This document shows, piece after piece, positions 28,983 to 38,431 of a stretch of DNA of 63,932 nt (position 1 is its first letter; every line of letters begins with the position of its first letter). This DNA comes from Candidatus Rokuibacteriota bacterium (GTDB lineage: Bacteria > Methylomirabilota > Methylomirabilia > Rokubacteriales > CSP1-6): NCBI GenBank assembly GCA_003221455.1, contig QHRX01000027.1, positions 1 through 63,932 of the forward strand. The letters are read 5' to 3'. Both the position numbers and the translations under genes were made by a program. Below the pieces are notes generated by a model, which saw only the letters and a program-made list of their open reading frames with translations, searched no databases and was not told the origin of the DNA.

Positions 28983-30611
28983 TCAGCCGGCCTTCGGCGG
29001 CCAGCCCTTGAAACGCTCCCGCAGTACCTTCTTGTCGAACTTGCCGACGCTCGTCTTGGGCACCGCTTCGATCAGCACCACATCGTCCGGGAGCCAGAAG
29101 CGCGCGACCTGCGGCCGCAGGAACTCGATGATCTCGCCGGCGGTGAGGGACCCGTGGTGCTCGGGCTTGGGCACGACGCAGGCAAGGGGGCGCTCGATCC
29201 ACTTCGGGTGCGGGACTGCGACGACGGCCGCCTCGAGCACCTTGGGATGCGCCATGATCAGGTTCTCGAGGTCGACGCTCGAGATCCATTCTCCGCCGGA
29301 CTTGATGACGTCCTTCGTGCGATCGGTGATCTGGATGTAGCCCTCGGGATCGATCGTCCCCACGTCGCCGGTCTTGAACCAGCCGTCCTCCGTGAAGTGA
29401 TCGGTCGAGTCCGCCTTGTAGTAGCCGCTCGTGACCCACGGCCCGCGCACCTGGATCTCGCCCATCGTCTTGCCGTCCCATGGCGCGACCCGACCCTGCT
29501 CGTCGACGATGCGCAGGTCGACGCAGACGGATGGGAAGCCCTGCTTGGCCCGGACCGTGTACTTCTGGTCGTCGGGCCAGGGCTCCATGTAGCTCTTGAG
29601 GCGTGAGAGCGTCCCGACGGGCGTGGTCTCGGTCATGCCCCACGCGTGCAGCATGGGGACTCCGAACTTCTCGTCGAAGAGCTCGATCAGGCTCCGCGGC
29701 GCCGCCGAGCCTCCGCAGGGGATCAGGCGGATCGAGGAGATGTCGTGACCCTCTCTCTCGCAGATCTCCTTGACGCCGATCCACACCGTCGGCACCGCGC
29801 CGACCACGGTGACCCGCTCCTGCTCCGTCATCTCGACGATGTCGCGGGGCTGGGGGCTGGGGCCGCCGAAGATCTGGGTGGCGCCGACCATAACGCCCGC
29901 GAACGGGACGCACCAGGCGTTAGCGTGGAACATGGGCACGATGTGGAGGATCACGTCGCGCTCGGAGAGGGCGAAGGAGTCCGCCTGCGCCATCCCGAGG
30001 GAGTGCAGGTAGAGCGCGCGGTGGCTGTAGACCACGCCTTTGGGGTGGCCGGTCGTGCCCGACGTATAGCACATGGCGGCGGCGTCTCGTTCGTCGAGCT
30101 GCGGCCACTCGGCGACCGGCGCGCCCCGCCGGAGGAGGTCCTCGTACTCGAGCCCGCCGACGGGCAGCCTCGCATCGGCGGTGTCACGGACGATCACGAT
30201 CTCACGGACGGTCGTCAGCTCCCGGCGCATCGGCTCGAGCAACGGCCACACACTCGCGCCTACGATCAAGATAGTGTCGCCGCCGTGGGTGACGATGTAG
30301 GCGATGTCCGGCGGCGCCAGACGGAAATTGACGGTGTGGAGGACGGCCCCCATCATCGGGATCGCCCAGTACGCCTCGAGGTGCTGGTGGCAGTTCCACA
30401 TGAACGTGCCGACGCGGTCGCCGGGTCGTATGTCGAGCGCCCGGAGGCCGCCGGCGAGCCGGCGGACACGCTCGGCGAACTCGGCGTAGGTGTAGCGGAA
30501 GAGCGGCTGGCTGGGGATGCGGGTGGCGAGTGTCTTCTTGGCGAACAGGCGGCGGCTCCGCTCGAAGAACTGGGTGAGGGTCAGCGGATAGTCCATCATG
30601 AGGCCCTTCAT
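28983..30611 (-). CDS. Long-chain fatty acid--CoA ligase
   Basis: MKGLMMDYPLTL, YTSGTTGHPKG, HAWGMTET, TGDV, DRTKDVIKSGGEWISS, KTSVGKFDKK. Confidence 0.92.
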   Translation of the reverse strand: MKGLMMDYPLTLTQFFERSRRLFAKKTLATRIPSQPLFRYTYAEFAERVRRLAGGLRALDIRPGDRVGTFMWNCHQHLEAYWAIPMMGAVLHTVNFRLAPPDIAYIVTHGGDTILIVGASVWPLLEPMRRELTTVREIVIVRDTADARLPVGGLEYEDLLRRGAPVAEWPQLDERDAAAMCYTSGTTGHPKGVVYSHRALYLHSLGMAQADSFALSERDVILHIVPMFHANAWCVPFAGVMVGATQIFGGPSPQPRDIVEMTEQERVTVVGAVPTVWIGVKEICEREGHDISSIRLIPCGGSAAPRSLIELFDEKFGVPMLHAWGMTETTPVGTLSRLKSYMEPWPDDQKYTVRAKQGFPSVCVDLRIVDEQGRVAPWDGKTMGEIQVRGPWVTSGYYKADSTDHFTEDGWFKTGDVGTIDPEGYIQITDRTKDVIKSGGEWISSVDLENLIMAHPKVLEAAVVAVPHPKWIERPLACVVPKPEHHGSLTAGEIIEFLRPQVARFWLPDDVVLIEAVPKTSVGKFDKKVLRERFKGWPPKAG

Positions 30612-30728
30612 GGCGTCTCCTCTCCCGTCGGCTCGCGTCCGGCCGCAGGGGCGATGGCCGGGATCGATTGTACTCAACTCAAGGGTGTGGCTTCCAACGA
30701 AGGACTCTTTCGTCAGGAACTTTCGTCA

Positions 30729-30995
30729 GGCGCGACGATCTCACCCGCGACCCCGCGCGGTCTTGCTCGCGCACAAGGCCGGCGTCAATGCGATCGCCTT
30801 CGCTCCCGACGACGAGACGCTGGCGTCGGCAAGCGCCGAGCGGACCGTCATCCTGTGGGACGCGGCCGCCCACCGGCCAGTCGGCCCCCCGCTCGCCGGC
30901 CACCCGAATTGGGTCAGCAAGGTCGCCTTCAGCCCCGACGGGAAGACCCGCGCCTCGGGATGCGCCGACCGCCGGCCGGATCTGGCCACCGTCGA
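30729..30995 (+). pseudogene. Degenerate, internally deleted copy of the WD40 gene
   Basis: DNA matches 27875-27957 then 28471-28633 then 28857-28880; no start, signal peptide or SD. Confidence 0.85.
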
Positions 30996-31208
30996 AGGCG
31001 GCGCCCGGGTGCCTGGCCCCGTCAGCGCCGGGCCGGGCGGTCGGGCGCGGGACCGTGCGCCGTCGACCTTGGGCGCGGATGCTCCGTCGTGGCGGTACCC
31101 GCCGGGAGTGCGTGAGCCTGGCGCCCAACGGACGCGAGAGCGCGAAATGTCGGCGGCGGAGGCCGACGGGCGGCGGAGCACCGGGGAGGCGCGGCGTCGG
31201 GCCGAGGC

Positions 31209-31601
31209 CTAGGGTGGTGCGGCTCCGTCTGGCAGTTGCAGGAGCTGGAGCGTGTTGCCGTCCGGATCGGCGAACGTGGCGACGAGCCCGCCCCACTCCT
31301 CGCCCTCGGGCGGCCGCGTGAAGACCACGCCCGCTCGCGCCAGACGCGCGTGAACGGTGCCGATGTCCTCGACCGCCAGATTGATCATGATCCGCAGCGG
31401 GTCCGCGCTCCGACCGCGGACCTGGTCGTGCACGCCCACGCTGAGCCTCACCCCGTTCCAGTCGAAGTTGATGAAGTCGGCCTTGGACGAGTGGGGGATG
31501 AGACCAAGGGTGTCGCGATAAAAACTCGCCATCGCGGCAAACCGGCCGGCCTCGGTCCAGATGAGGACGCCGGCCATCGTCCGGATCGGTCCTTCGCGCA
31601 T
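31209..31601 (-). CDS. VOC/glyoxalase family protein
   Basis: FYRDTLGL, INLAVEDI, EEWGG..ATFADPDGNTLQL. Confidence 0.88.
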   Translation of the reverse strand: MREGPIRTMAGVLIWTEAGRFAAMASFYRDTLGLIPHSSKADFINFDWNGVRLSVGVHDQVRGRSADPLRIMINLAVEDIGTVHARLARAGVVFTRPPEGEEWGGLVATFADPDGNTLQLLQLPDGAAPP

Positions 31602-31723
31602 ACGGGCCTCCCGCAGGGCTGAGGGGCCGCCGGGCCCGCCGGTCGGGCGGCGCTCGCCTGGTTGACGGCGTCTATGCCATAGTTTCGGCACGGCCAGGAA
31701 GGGCCAGAGACAGGGGATGGGCG

Positions 31724-32239
31724 ATGAGGGTCACGGTTCTCGCAGCGGTGGTCGTCGGCATCATCCAGGGCGGAGCGGTGGATGCGGCCGCCGGCGGCGC
31801 GGCGGGCGCGGTCGCCCGGCTCGCCGAGCAGATCGGGAGCCTCCTGCCCGCCGACGGCCAGGTGCGGATCGTCGTGAGCGACTTTGACGACAGCCAGGGC
31901 GTGACCACCGACCTGAGCCGCTACCTCGCCGATCTCCTGATCATCCAGCTCGGGCGGACGCCGCGCTTCCTGCCCATCGAGCGGCGCCACCTGCGGATCA
32001 TCCTCGACCAGCTCGCACTCAGGAGCTCGGATCTCCGTCGCCTCGATGAGGCGAGGCACGTCGCGAGCCAGTTCCATGCCGACGTGGTCCTGCTGAACGG
32101 ACTGGCCGACGCGGGCGCGCAGGTCGCGGTCGACACGCGAGTCCTGGACGTCGCGACCGGTGCGATGCTCGGGTTCGCCAGCGCGGGCGTCACGAAGGAC
32201 GCGACGGTGCAGCGGATGCTCGAGACGGGGCGTCAGTAG
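31724..32239 (+). CDS. Exported FlgO/CsgG-like domain protein
   Basis: Signal-like N-terminus, IVVSDF, IERRHL..IL, ADVVL.G, VDTRVLDVATG. Confidence 0.6.
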   Translation: MRVTVLAAVVVGIIQGGAVDAAAGGAAGAVARLAEQIGSLLPADGQVRIVVSDFDDSQGVTTDLSRYLADLLIIQLGRTPRFLPIERRHLRIILDQLALRSSDLRRLDEARHVASQFHADVVLLNGLADAGAQVAVDTRVLDVATGAMLGFASAGVTKDATVQRMLETGRQ

Positions 32240-33800
32240 GGATGCCATCCCGACCTTTGGTGGTGAACTGGCGCTCGTAGAGCGCCCGGAGCTCGGAAAG
32301 GGTCGTGGACTGGCCCGGCGTCTTGTCGTCGCGGAGGCGGGCGATGCGCGCGAACCGGAGGGCGAGGCCGGAGGGATACGTGGGACTCTTCTGGATCTCG
32401 TTGTACTCCACCTCGACCACCACCTCGGGCCGGACGCGAACGGTGTAGCCGTCGTCCGCGACGGCCAGGCGCCGCAGCCGCTCCGTCATCTCGGCGAACT
32501 CCCGGTCGCTCAGCCCCTTGAAGGTCTTGCCGACCTCGGCGAACCCCTCCGCGTCCCGCACGGCGAGATGGTAGTTGGAGAGCCAGCCGGCGCGCCGGCC
32601 GCTGCCGCGATCAGCGGCGACGATGACGCAATCGACGGTCTCGGCCACCTTGAGCTTGAACCACCGCTTGCCGCGGCCCCCGGGCGCGTACGGGCTTCGC
32701 AGGTCCTTGGCGATCACTCCTTCGTGGCCGGCCGTCAGGGCTCGGTCGAGGAAGGCCTGGGCGGCGGCCGCGGTCTCGACGATCTCCCGCTCGGCGAGGT
32801 GGCGACCCGCCGTCACCCGCACGAGCGCCTCCCAGCGCTCCGCATAGGGCGCGTCGATGAGCGAGCGGCCCTCCACGAGCAGGCAGTCGAAGAAGTGGAT
32901 TGCGACCGGTATCCGGGCGACCGCAGACTCCACGTCGTGAACCCGCCGGAACCGGCGCATGAGCTCTTGGAACGGTAGCGGCCGGCCGGTCTGCGCCAGC
33001 GCGACTACCTCGCCGTCGAGGATCAGCGGCGCGCCGCGGAGCTCGCGGCGGACGAGCCCGACGACGTCCGGCAGGCTGGCGGTGACGTCCGAGAGCCGGC
33101 GCGTCCAGATGGCGACGCGCTCGCCGTCGCCGTGCACCTGCACCCGCGCGCCGTCGTACTTGTACTCGAGCGCCGTCCGGCCGCCGTGCGCGACCAGGAG
33201 CTCCGAGAAGTCGGTGCCGGTCTCGGCGAGCATCGGCGACAGCGGCACGAAGAGGCGGGGCGCCACCCGCGTGAGCCCGGCGGCGCCCTGCGCGCGGGCG
33301 AGGACGGCGACGGCGGAGATGTCCCCGAGGAAGAGCGCGGCGCGCCTGACCGCCTCCGGATCGGCGCCGGCCATCTCCCCGATCGCCCCGAGCACGCCAC
33401 CTGCGGAGATCCCCGTGCGCATCTCGCCCCCGATGATCCGCGCCACGATCTCGCGCTCGAGGGCCGACGCGCGCGCCGCCAACGCGGCGAGCCGTGACTC
33501 CCGCCGGTGGCGCGCTCCCGGCCCGCTCGCGTCCGCGACGGCAGCGAAGGCGTCGGCGACGTCGGCGAGCGTAAGCGGCGCCGCGGCGGAGGCCTCGGGC
33601 GCCGCCGGCAGGCCCCGAACGCCGAGTCCGCGCGGATCCGACGCCGGCAGGGGGCGGCCGGTCAGGAACGCGACGGCGGGGGCGACCTCGTCGGCGTGGA
33701 CCCGCGTGAGGAACGTCGCCACGAGGTGCTGCTTGTCAAGCCGCCCGCGACTGGCCTCGAGCGCGCGGCAGAGCTCCGCGAACTCGGAGAACGGCGTCAT
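32190..33800 (-). CDS. ATP-dependent DNA ligase (archaeal/LigB type with N-terminal DNA-binding domain)
   Basis: PMLA, EYKYDGARVQ (motif I), LDGEVV, FDCL, EGVIAK, WFKLK, ALRFARI..LRDDK. Confidence 0.93.
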   Translation of the reverse strand: MTPFSEFAELCRALEASRGRLDKQHLVATFLTRVHADEVAPAVAFLTGRPLPASDPRGLGVRGLPAAPEASAAAPLTLADVADAFAAVADASGPGARHRRESRLAALAARASALEREIVARIIGGEMRTGISAGGVLGAIGEMAGADPEAVRRAALFLGDISAVAVLARAQGAAGLTRVAPRLFVPLSPMLAETGTDFSELLVAHGGRTALEYKYDGARVQVHGDGERVAIWTRRLSDVTASLPDVVGLVRRELRGAPLILDGEVVALAQTGRPLPFQELMRRFRRVHDVESAVARIPVAIHFFDCLLVEGRSLIDAPYAERWEALVRVTAGRHLAEREIVETAAAAQAFLDRALTAGHEGVIAKDLRSPYAPGGRGKRWFKLKVAETVDCVIVAADRGSGRRAGWLSNYHLAVRDAEGFAEVGKTFKGLSDREFAEMTERLRRLAVADDGYTVRVRPEVVVEVEYNEIQKSPTYPSGLALRFARIARLRDDKTPGQSTTLSELRALYERQFTTKGRDGIPTDAPSRASAAPSRPS

Positions 33801-33936
33801 GAGCGCGGGCGCGGCGGGAAGAGCTCCGCCAATGCCGGCGTGCCGGCCGCTTCCGCCGGGCCCTCGTCAGTCCCGCGCGGCGCGCCGCGGGGGTCTCCCG
33901 GAGGGTGACGGCGCCGACCCATCGGCCGCGCCGCGG

Positions 33937-34806
33937 CTACGGCGGAGTTTGCGCGTAGCCGGGGGTCACGCGCTCGATGGTGGGGGTCGCGTTCGCGGGC
34001 GCCTCGCCGAGTGCCCACGCGATGCCCCCCGCCAGGACGGCCTGGAAGATCGGGTTCGTCCACACATCCTCGCGATGACCCATCGACGTGTAGAAGACCC
34101 GCCCCTTCGCGTGCCGCCGGGCCCACGTCGCCGGGTACGGCGGACGGTCGTACACGTGGTCGCTCCCGGTGGTGGCCATGCCCGCCGTCTCCTGCACGAG
34201 AATCACGCGCAGGTCCTTTTGGTAGGCCTTGAACGCGTACCACTCTTCCACGAGCTCGAAGCCCTTCGCGAGCCCGGAGCAGCCCGGGAAGCTCGGGTCG
34301 GCGCACGTCATCTTCGCGGGCTGCTGCCGACCGTGCGCGATGAACTCGGCGCCGAGCATCCGGATGTAAGGGTCCGCGTCGTCGGCGGCGCTGACCCGCG
34401 GGCCCGTCGGGCCGTGGAACGTGTCGGCCGCGCAATGAGCACCGATGAATCCTTTGCCCTTTCGGATCGCCGCGAGGAGCCCAGTCTTTCCCGCGGGCGT
34501 CATCGGCGGGGCCCCGTCCGTGCCGGGAGCGGTGAGATCGCCGGTGGTGTAAAAGAAGAAGGCGTCGTACGCCGCGAGACTCGGGTTCCCGAAGATTCGG
34601 CCATCCTTGGTGTGGGTGATCGCCCAGCCGCGCGGCTCCGCGAGCGCGGTCAGAACGGTCTCTGCGTGGCTTGGCTGATCGCCGATCTTCTTGATCACGC
34701 TGTGCTCGTACCCGGACGACTTCGTGAAGAAGAGAATCTGCTTCCGGGCCGGTCTGGCGGCGCCGGCGCGGGCCGGCGAGAGGGCGGCACTGATCGTGAG
34801 GCCCAT
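33937..34806 (-). CDS. ThuA domain-containing protein
   Basis: ILFFTKSSGYEHS, FFFYTTG, GFIGAHCAAD, EEWY, RVFYTSMGHREDVW. Confidence 0.85.
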   Translation of the reverse strand: MGLTISAALSPARAGAARPARKQILFFTKSSGYEHSVIKKIGDQPSHAETVLTALAEPRGWAITHTKDGRIFGNPSLAAYDAFFFYTTGDLTAPGTDGAPPMTPAGKTGLLAAIRKGKGFIGAHCAADTFHGPTGPRVSAADDADPYIRMLGAEFIAHGRQQPAKMTCADPSFPGCSGLAKGFELVEEWYAFKAYQKDLRVILVQETAGMATTGSDHVYDRPPYPATWARRHAKGRVFYTSMGHREDVWTNPIFQAVLAGGIAWALGEAPANATPTIERVTPGYAQTPP

Positions 34807-34906
34807 CGCGCCGGACAGGAATTCACGCCTCGGAACTCCGCCTGCCCCTGACTGCGGGCGGTCCGCGAGTGCGGGCCGGACGCGGCCCGGCGTAGGCCTG
34901 CCCGGC

Positions 34907-35092
34907 TTACGCGTGGCGTGAGCGTCCGGCGGTGATCCGATAGGTGACCACCCACGCGATGATACTCACGACGAGCGCGATGCCCGATCCGAGGCGGAAC
35001 CCTCGGGCAAAGAGCGTGCCGCTGGCGAACTCGAAAAGAAACGCGACGAGCCCGATGACGAGAATCTCAAGCTGGTATCCCGTGTAGGTCAT
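34907..35092 (-). CDS. Small (61 aa) two-TM hypothetical protein
   Basis: MTYTGYQLEILVIGLVAFLFEF...GIALVVSIIAWVVTYR; GGA-type SD. Confidence 0.55.
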   Translation of the reverse strand: MTYTGYQLEILVIGLVAFLFEFASGTLFARGFRLGSGIALVVSIIAWVVTYRITAGRSRHA

Positions 35093-35327
35093 CTTCCGTC
35101 CCTTTGTTCCTGCCCGCCCGGCCGCCGGCGCAGGCGCTCGACGAGATGTTCGGTTGCGCCACGGCGGTCGCCCTGGCGCCGCCGCAATTCTACCCCCGAA
35201 GGCGGTCGCCACTGCCTGGGCGCGAGCGGTCCCGGAGCGTCAGGGGTGTGTATCAAAAACGTCATTTTGGTCCGCCTCGGCTCAGCGAGGGCTCGGGCAA
35301 GCACAGTATTTCATGGTGTTTTGAGCG

Positions 35328-35343
35328 TGGCATCGAAGATGCT
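35328..35343 (+). promoter_or_regulatory. Putative sigma54 -24/-12 promoter
   Basis: TGGCAT-N5-ATGCT with AT-rich upstream tract. Confidence 0.5.
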
Positions 35344-35369
35344 GCAGAGGGGTGGTGAGGAGGGCTCTA

Positions 35370-35993
35370 ATGAAACGAACATCACTCCTCTGCACCATGG
35401 CCCTCGCGGGCCTGATCGCCAGTCAGGCGACCGCCCAGTCCCTGCGCGACATCGTGAAGGAGAGCGAAGGCAGGGGGATACCGAGCCCGGCGGAGTTCCA
35501 GCAGCGCCATCCTGCCGACCCTGACAACGGTCCGAGCCCGGCGCCGCAGCCGAACCTCGAGCCCGTACCGGCTCTGCCCGACTCGCCGGCCGCGTCGCCC
35601 GGGGCGGCGAACGCTGCGCCCACGACGTGTAGGCCGCCGGGGATGCCGGCTCTCAGCGAGCTCGTCAGCGTCGGCCACCAGGTCCTGGTCGCGCCCGTCG
35701 AGGGCAGCGACGGCACCGTGATGGTCAACGCCGTCGGGCTCGTCACGCGCGACCACCTCGCCCAGTACCGCGGGGGCGAGATGGCGCCGGACTTCATCGC
35801 CTACTACGTACGCGGCCACCTCGCCGCCGTAGACGACCACCCCGGCGACCCGGGGGAACCGGACCTCGTGGACACCGGGATGGTGAGCCTGCGCGGCGGA
35901 GCGCTGGCCCAGGGAACACCCGTGTGCCAGTGGGTGCGGTTGCAGCGGCCACCGGACGATGGCCGCGCCGCGTCGCCGAGCAGCCGGATCTGA
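35370..35993 (+). CDS. Secreted hypothetical protein, Pro-rich linker plus C-terminal domain with two Cys
   Basis: GAGGAGG SD, signal MKRTSLLCTMALAGLIASQATA, coding-like codon usage. Confidence 0.75.
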   Translation: MKRTSLLCTMALAGLIASQATAQSLRDIVKESEGRGIPSPAEFQQRHPADPDNGPSPAPQPNLEPVPALPDSPAASPGAANAAPTTCRPPGMPALSELVSVGHQVLVAPVEGSDGTVMVNAVGLVTRDHLAQYRGGEMAPDFIAYYVRGHLAAVDDHPGDPGEPDLVDTGMVSLRGGALAQGTPVCQWVRLQRPPDDGRAASPSSRI

Positions 35994-36563
35994 CCGGATA
36001 GTCGCGGCCCGCAGACGTTCGGTGGAGATCGAAGCCTGCGAGGATCCCCGTGCGTCAGGCTAACGGCGCTCCGGAGCGGGCGCGTCCGTCGGCGAGCGAG
36101 GTCGGTCGGGGCCAGGCGCCCGGACGCTCTCCCACGACGTTCGACGGCTGCGTCGGCAGACGATCCACCTGTGGCTCAGCGAGGCCCAGTTCGTCTCCGG
36201 GGCGAGCCGTTGACCTCAGCCTCCACGGACCGAAGGGTGCTGGTCCAATCCCTGCCCGCCGGGATCGTCCAGGCGCCGCAGGTCTGCCTGGAGGCGAGCG
36301 ACGAGTTCAGCTAGTGTGGCGCCCGTCCAGCGCGTGAACGGTCACCCGCTGGGCCTGGAGTCCCGGGAAGAGCTCCCGACCAGTCTCTTCAGGAGCGACT
36401 CGCCTCGGTTTCAGCCCGTCCCAGGTTTCGCTCCCTCGCGCTGATGCGCCCGGAACCTCCCTCGCCTCGACCGACCGTCGCGCGCCTCCAAGGCTCCCCC
36501 CGCTAAAGAGGCGGGGCGCTCACGTCGCCCGTCCAGGCTCACTGCGTTGGCGCCCTGCCGAGG

Positions 36564-36689
36564 TGACAGCGTGTCAACGCGCTGACACTTCTTCCGGTGT
36601 CACGGGCCCCGTCATCGGCGCCAACGTCCCGTTTTCTGGCGGTTCGCGGGGTCCCCCCTGCGGCCCCCAGTTGCTGGCACGAACCCTGC
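36564..36689 (+). promoter_or_regulatory. Putative sigma54 promoter with two upstream palindromes
   Basis: TGACA-N3-TGTCA (36564-36576), TGACAC-N8-GTGTCA (36583-36602), TGGCAC-N5-CTGC (36675-36689). Confidence 0.6.
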
Positions 36690-36736
36690 GACGGGCGGAC
36701 CTGGCTCGTGAATCTCCAACAGGGGGGGTACCCAGC

Positions 36737-37192
36737 GTGGCGAAGCGGATCCTTGTTCCTCTCGACGGAAGCGCGGCCAGTGAAGCGGTGCTGCCTCTCA
36801 TCGCCGGTTCGGCGCCGGGCGCTGGCGCGATCGTGCGTCTGCTGCACGTGGCGCCGGTCCCCGAGGATGTGATCGATCAGGACAGTCGGGTGATCGCCTA
36901 CGCCGAGCAGCAGATGGCGCGACTCGAGTCGGCACGCGCGAGCTATCTGGAAGGGGTCGAGGCGAGCCTGGGAACCCTCCCGCTCGAGCGGGTCGTGCGC
37001 TTCGGGGACCCGGTGCGCGAGATCCTCATCGAGGCCGAGGCCTGGGCCGCCGACCTGATCGCGATGACTGAACCGCCCGTGCGCTGGCTCGACCGGGCCC
37101 GCCGGCGGCCCGTCGCCGAGCGGGTCGCTCGCAAGGCGACGATCCCGGTCGTCATCTACCGGCCGCCCCGCAGTCGGCTGTGCATCGCGTAA
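36737..37192 (+). CDS. Universal stress protein
   Basis: KRILVPLDGS..SE, LLHV, GDPVREIL..AE...ADLIAM, VAERVARKATIPVVI. Confidence 0.85.
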   Translation: MAKRILVPLDGSAASEAVLPLIAGSAPGAGAIVRLLHVAPVPEDVIDQDSRVIAYAEQQMARLESARASYLEGVEASLGTLPLERVVRFGDPVREILIEAEAWAADLIAMTEPPVRWLDRARRRPVAERVARKATIPVVIYRPPRSRLCIA

Positions 37193-37225
37193 TCGGCTCC
37201 GCCCGGCTGTCGCCTGGCTGCCGAC

Positions 37226-37256
37226 TTGACTGATCAAGAGAAGTAGTTGATGTATT
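37226..37256 (+). promoter_or_regulatory. arsR-arsM promoter/operator
   Basis: TTGACT -35 with ATCAA-N9-TTGAT inverted repeat, ArsR/SmtB-type. Confidence 0.65.
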
Positions 37257-37262
37257 GAGGCC

Positions 37263-37583
37263 ATGGTCCCGACCGGCCCGCGAGACCTCCGGCGGGCGGA
37301 GCCCTGCTTCCTGGCACTTGGTGACCAAACCCGCCTCCCGCTGGTCGCTCTCTTGCGAGGCGGCGAGCAGTACGTCTACGACCTGACCAATACGCTCGGG
37401 ACCGGGCAGTCCCGGCTCTCCTTCCGCCGGAAGGCACTCAAGGACGGCGGCATCGTGAGCCATCGCCGGCAGGGGCCGCCGGATCTACTACGCCCTCAGT
37501 CGGGGGTCGACGACGCGGTCGGCGGCCGGGTCGGGGCCGGATCTGAGGCCCCCCTGGGCGCATTGGGGGCGGCCGAGGCGTAA
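37263..37583 (+). pseudogene. arsR: Degenerate ArsR/SmtB repressor
   Basis: ALGDQTRL..L.LL.GGEQYVYDL...GQSRLSF; the RIYYAL wing lies in a shifted frame at about 37476-37497. Confidence 0.7.
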
Positions 37584-37595
37584 GGGAGCTCGAAC

Positions 37596-38417
37596 ATGGA
37601 CGAGCCAAACCTCAAAGAGGTCGTCCGGCGGAAGTACGGGCAGGCGGCCCTGCGGGTGACGAGCGGCGTGGGCGCGGCCTGCTGCGGCCCCGGGGCGGGG
37701 CACGGCGATCCGGTCACCTCGAACCTGTACGCCCCGGCGGAGACCAAGGGCCTCCCACCGGGGGTCCTCGCCGCCTCGCTCGGCTGCGGCAACCCGACCG
37801 CGCTCGCCGCGCTCGCGCCCGGTGAGATTGTGCTCGATCTCGGTTCCGGGGGCGGGATCGATGTCCTCCTGTCCGCCCAGCGCGTCGGGCCGACGGGCAA
37901 GGCGTACGGCCTCGACATGACGGACGAAATGCTGGACCTCGCCCGCGAGAACCAACAGAAGGCCGGCGTGCCGAACGTCGAGTTCTTGAAGGGCGAGCTC
38001 GAGAGCATCCCGCTTCCCGAGGGCGCCGTCGACGTGATCATCTCCAACTGTGTCATTAACCTGTCCGTCGACAAGGACCGGACCTTGGCGGAGGCGTTCC
38101 GCGTGCTCCGGCCGGGCGGCCGCCTCGCGGTGTCCGACGTGGTCGTCCGCGGGCCGGTGCCGGCGGAGATCCGGCGAGGCCTCGAGCGGTGGCTCGGATG
38201 CGTGGCGGGGGCCCTCGACGAGTCCGACTACCGCGCGAAGCTCGCGCGCGTCGGGTTCGAGGCGATCGAGCTCGAGCCGACGCGCGTCTACCGGCTCGAG
38301 GACGCCCGCGAGCTTCTCGCGGGGGCTGGCCTCGACGCCGACGCGATCGTGCGCCATGCGGACGGACAGGTCATGAGCGCGTTCGTCCGCGCGCGGAAGC
38401 CCGTCGCCGCGCGCTGA
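37596..38417 (+). CDS. arsM: Arsenite S-adenosylmethyltransferase
   Basis: [48 protein letters not shown] (conserved Cys intact). Confidence 0.93.
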   Translation: MDEPNLKEVVRRKYGQAALRVTSGVGAACCGPGAGHGDPVTSNLYAPAETKGLPPGVLAASLGCGNPTALAALAPGEIVLDLGSGGGIDVLLSAQRVGPTGKAYGLDMTDEMLDLARENQQKAGVPNVEFLKGELESIPLPEGAVDVIISNCVINLSVDKDRTLAEAFRVLRPGGRLAVSDVVVRGPVPAEIRRGLERWLGCVAGALDESDYRAKLARVGFEAIELEPTRVYRLEDARELLAGAGLDADAIVRHADGQVMSAFVRARKPVAAR

Positions 38418-38431
38418 GGTCGGTGAGGGAA

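Noticed and set aside
36000-36540. Protein-like fragments on the minus strand (LAELVARLQADLRRLDD)
   Set aside because: Too fragmentary to assign; no start or family recognisable
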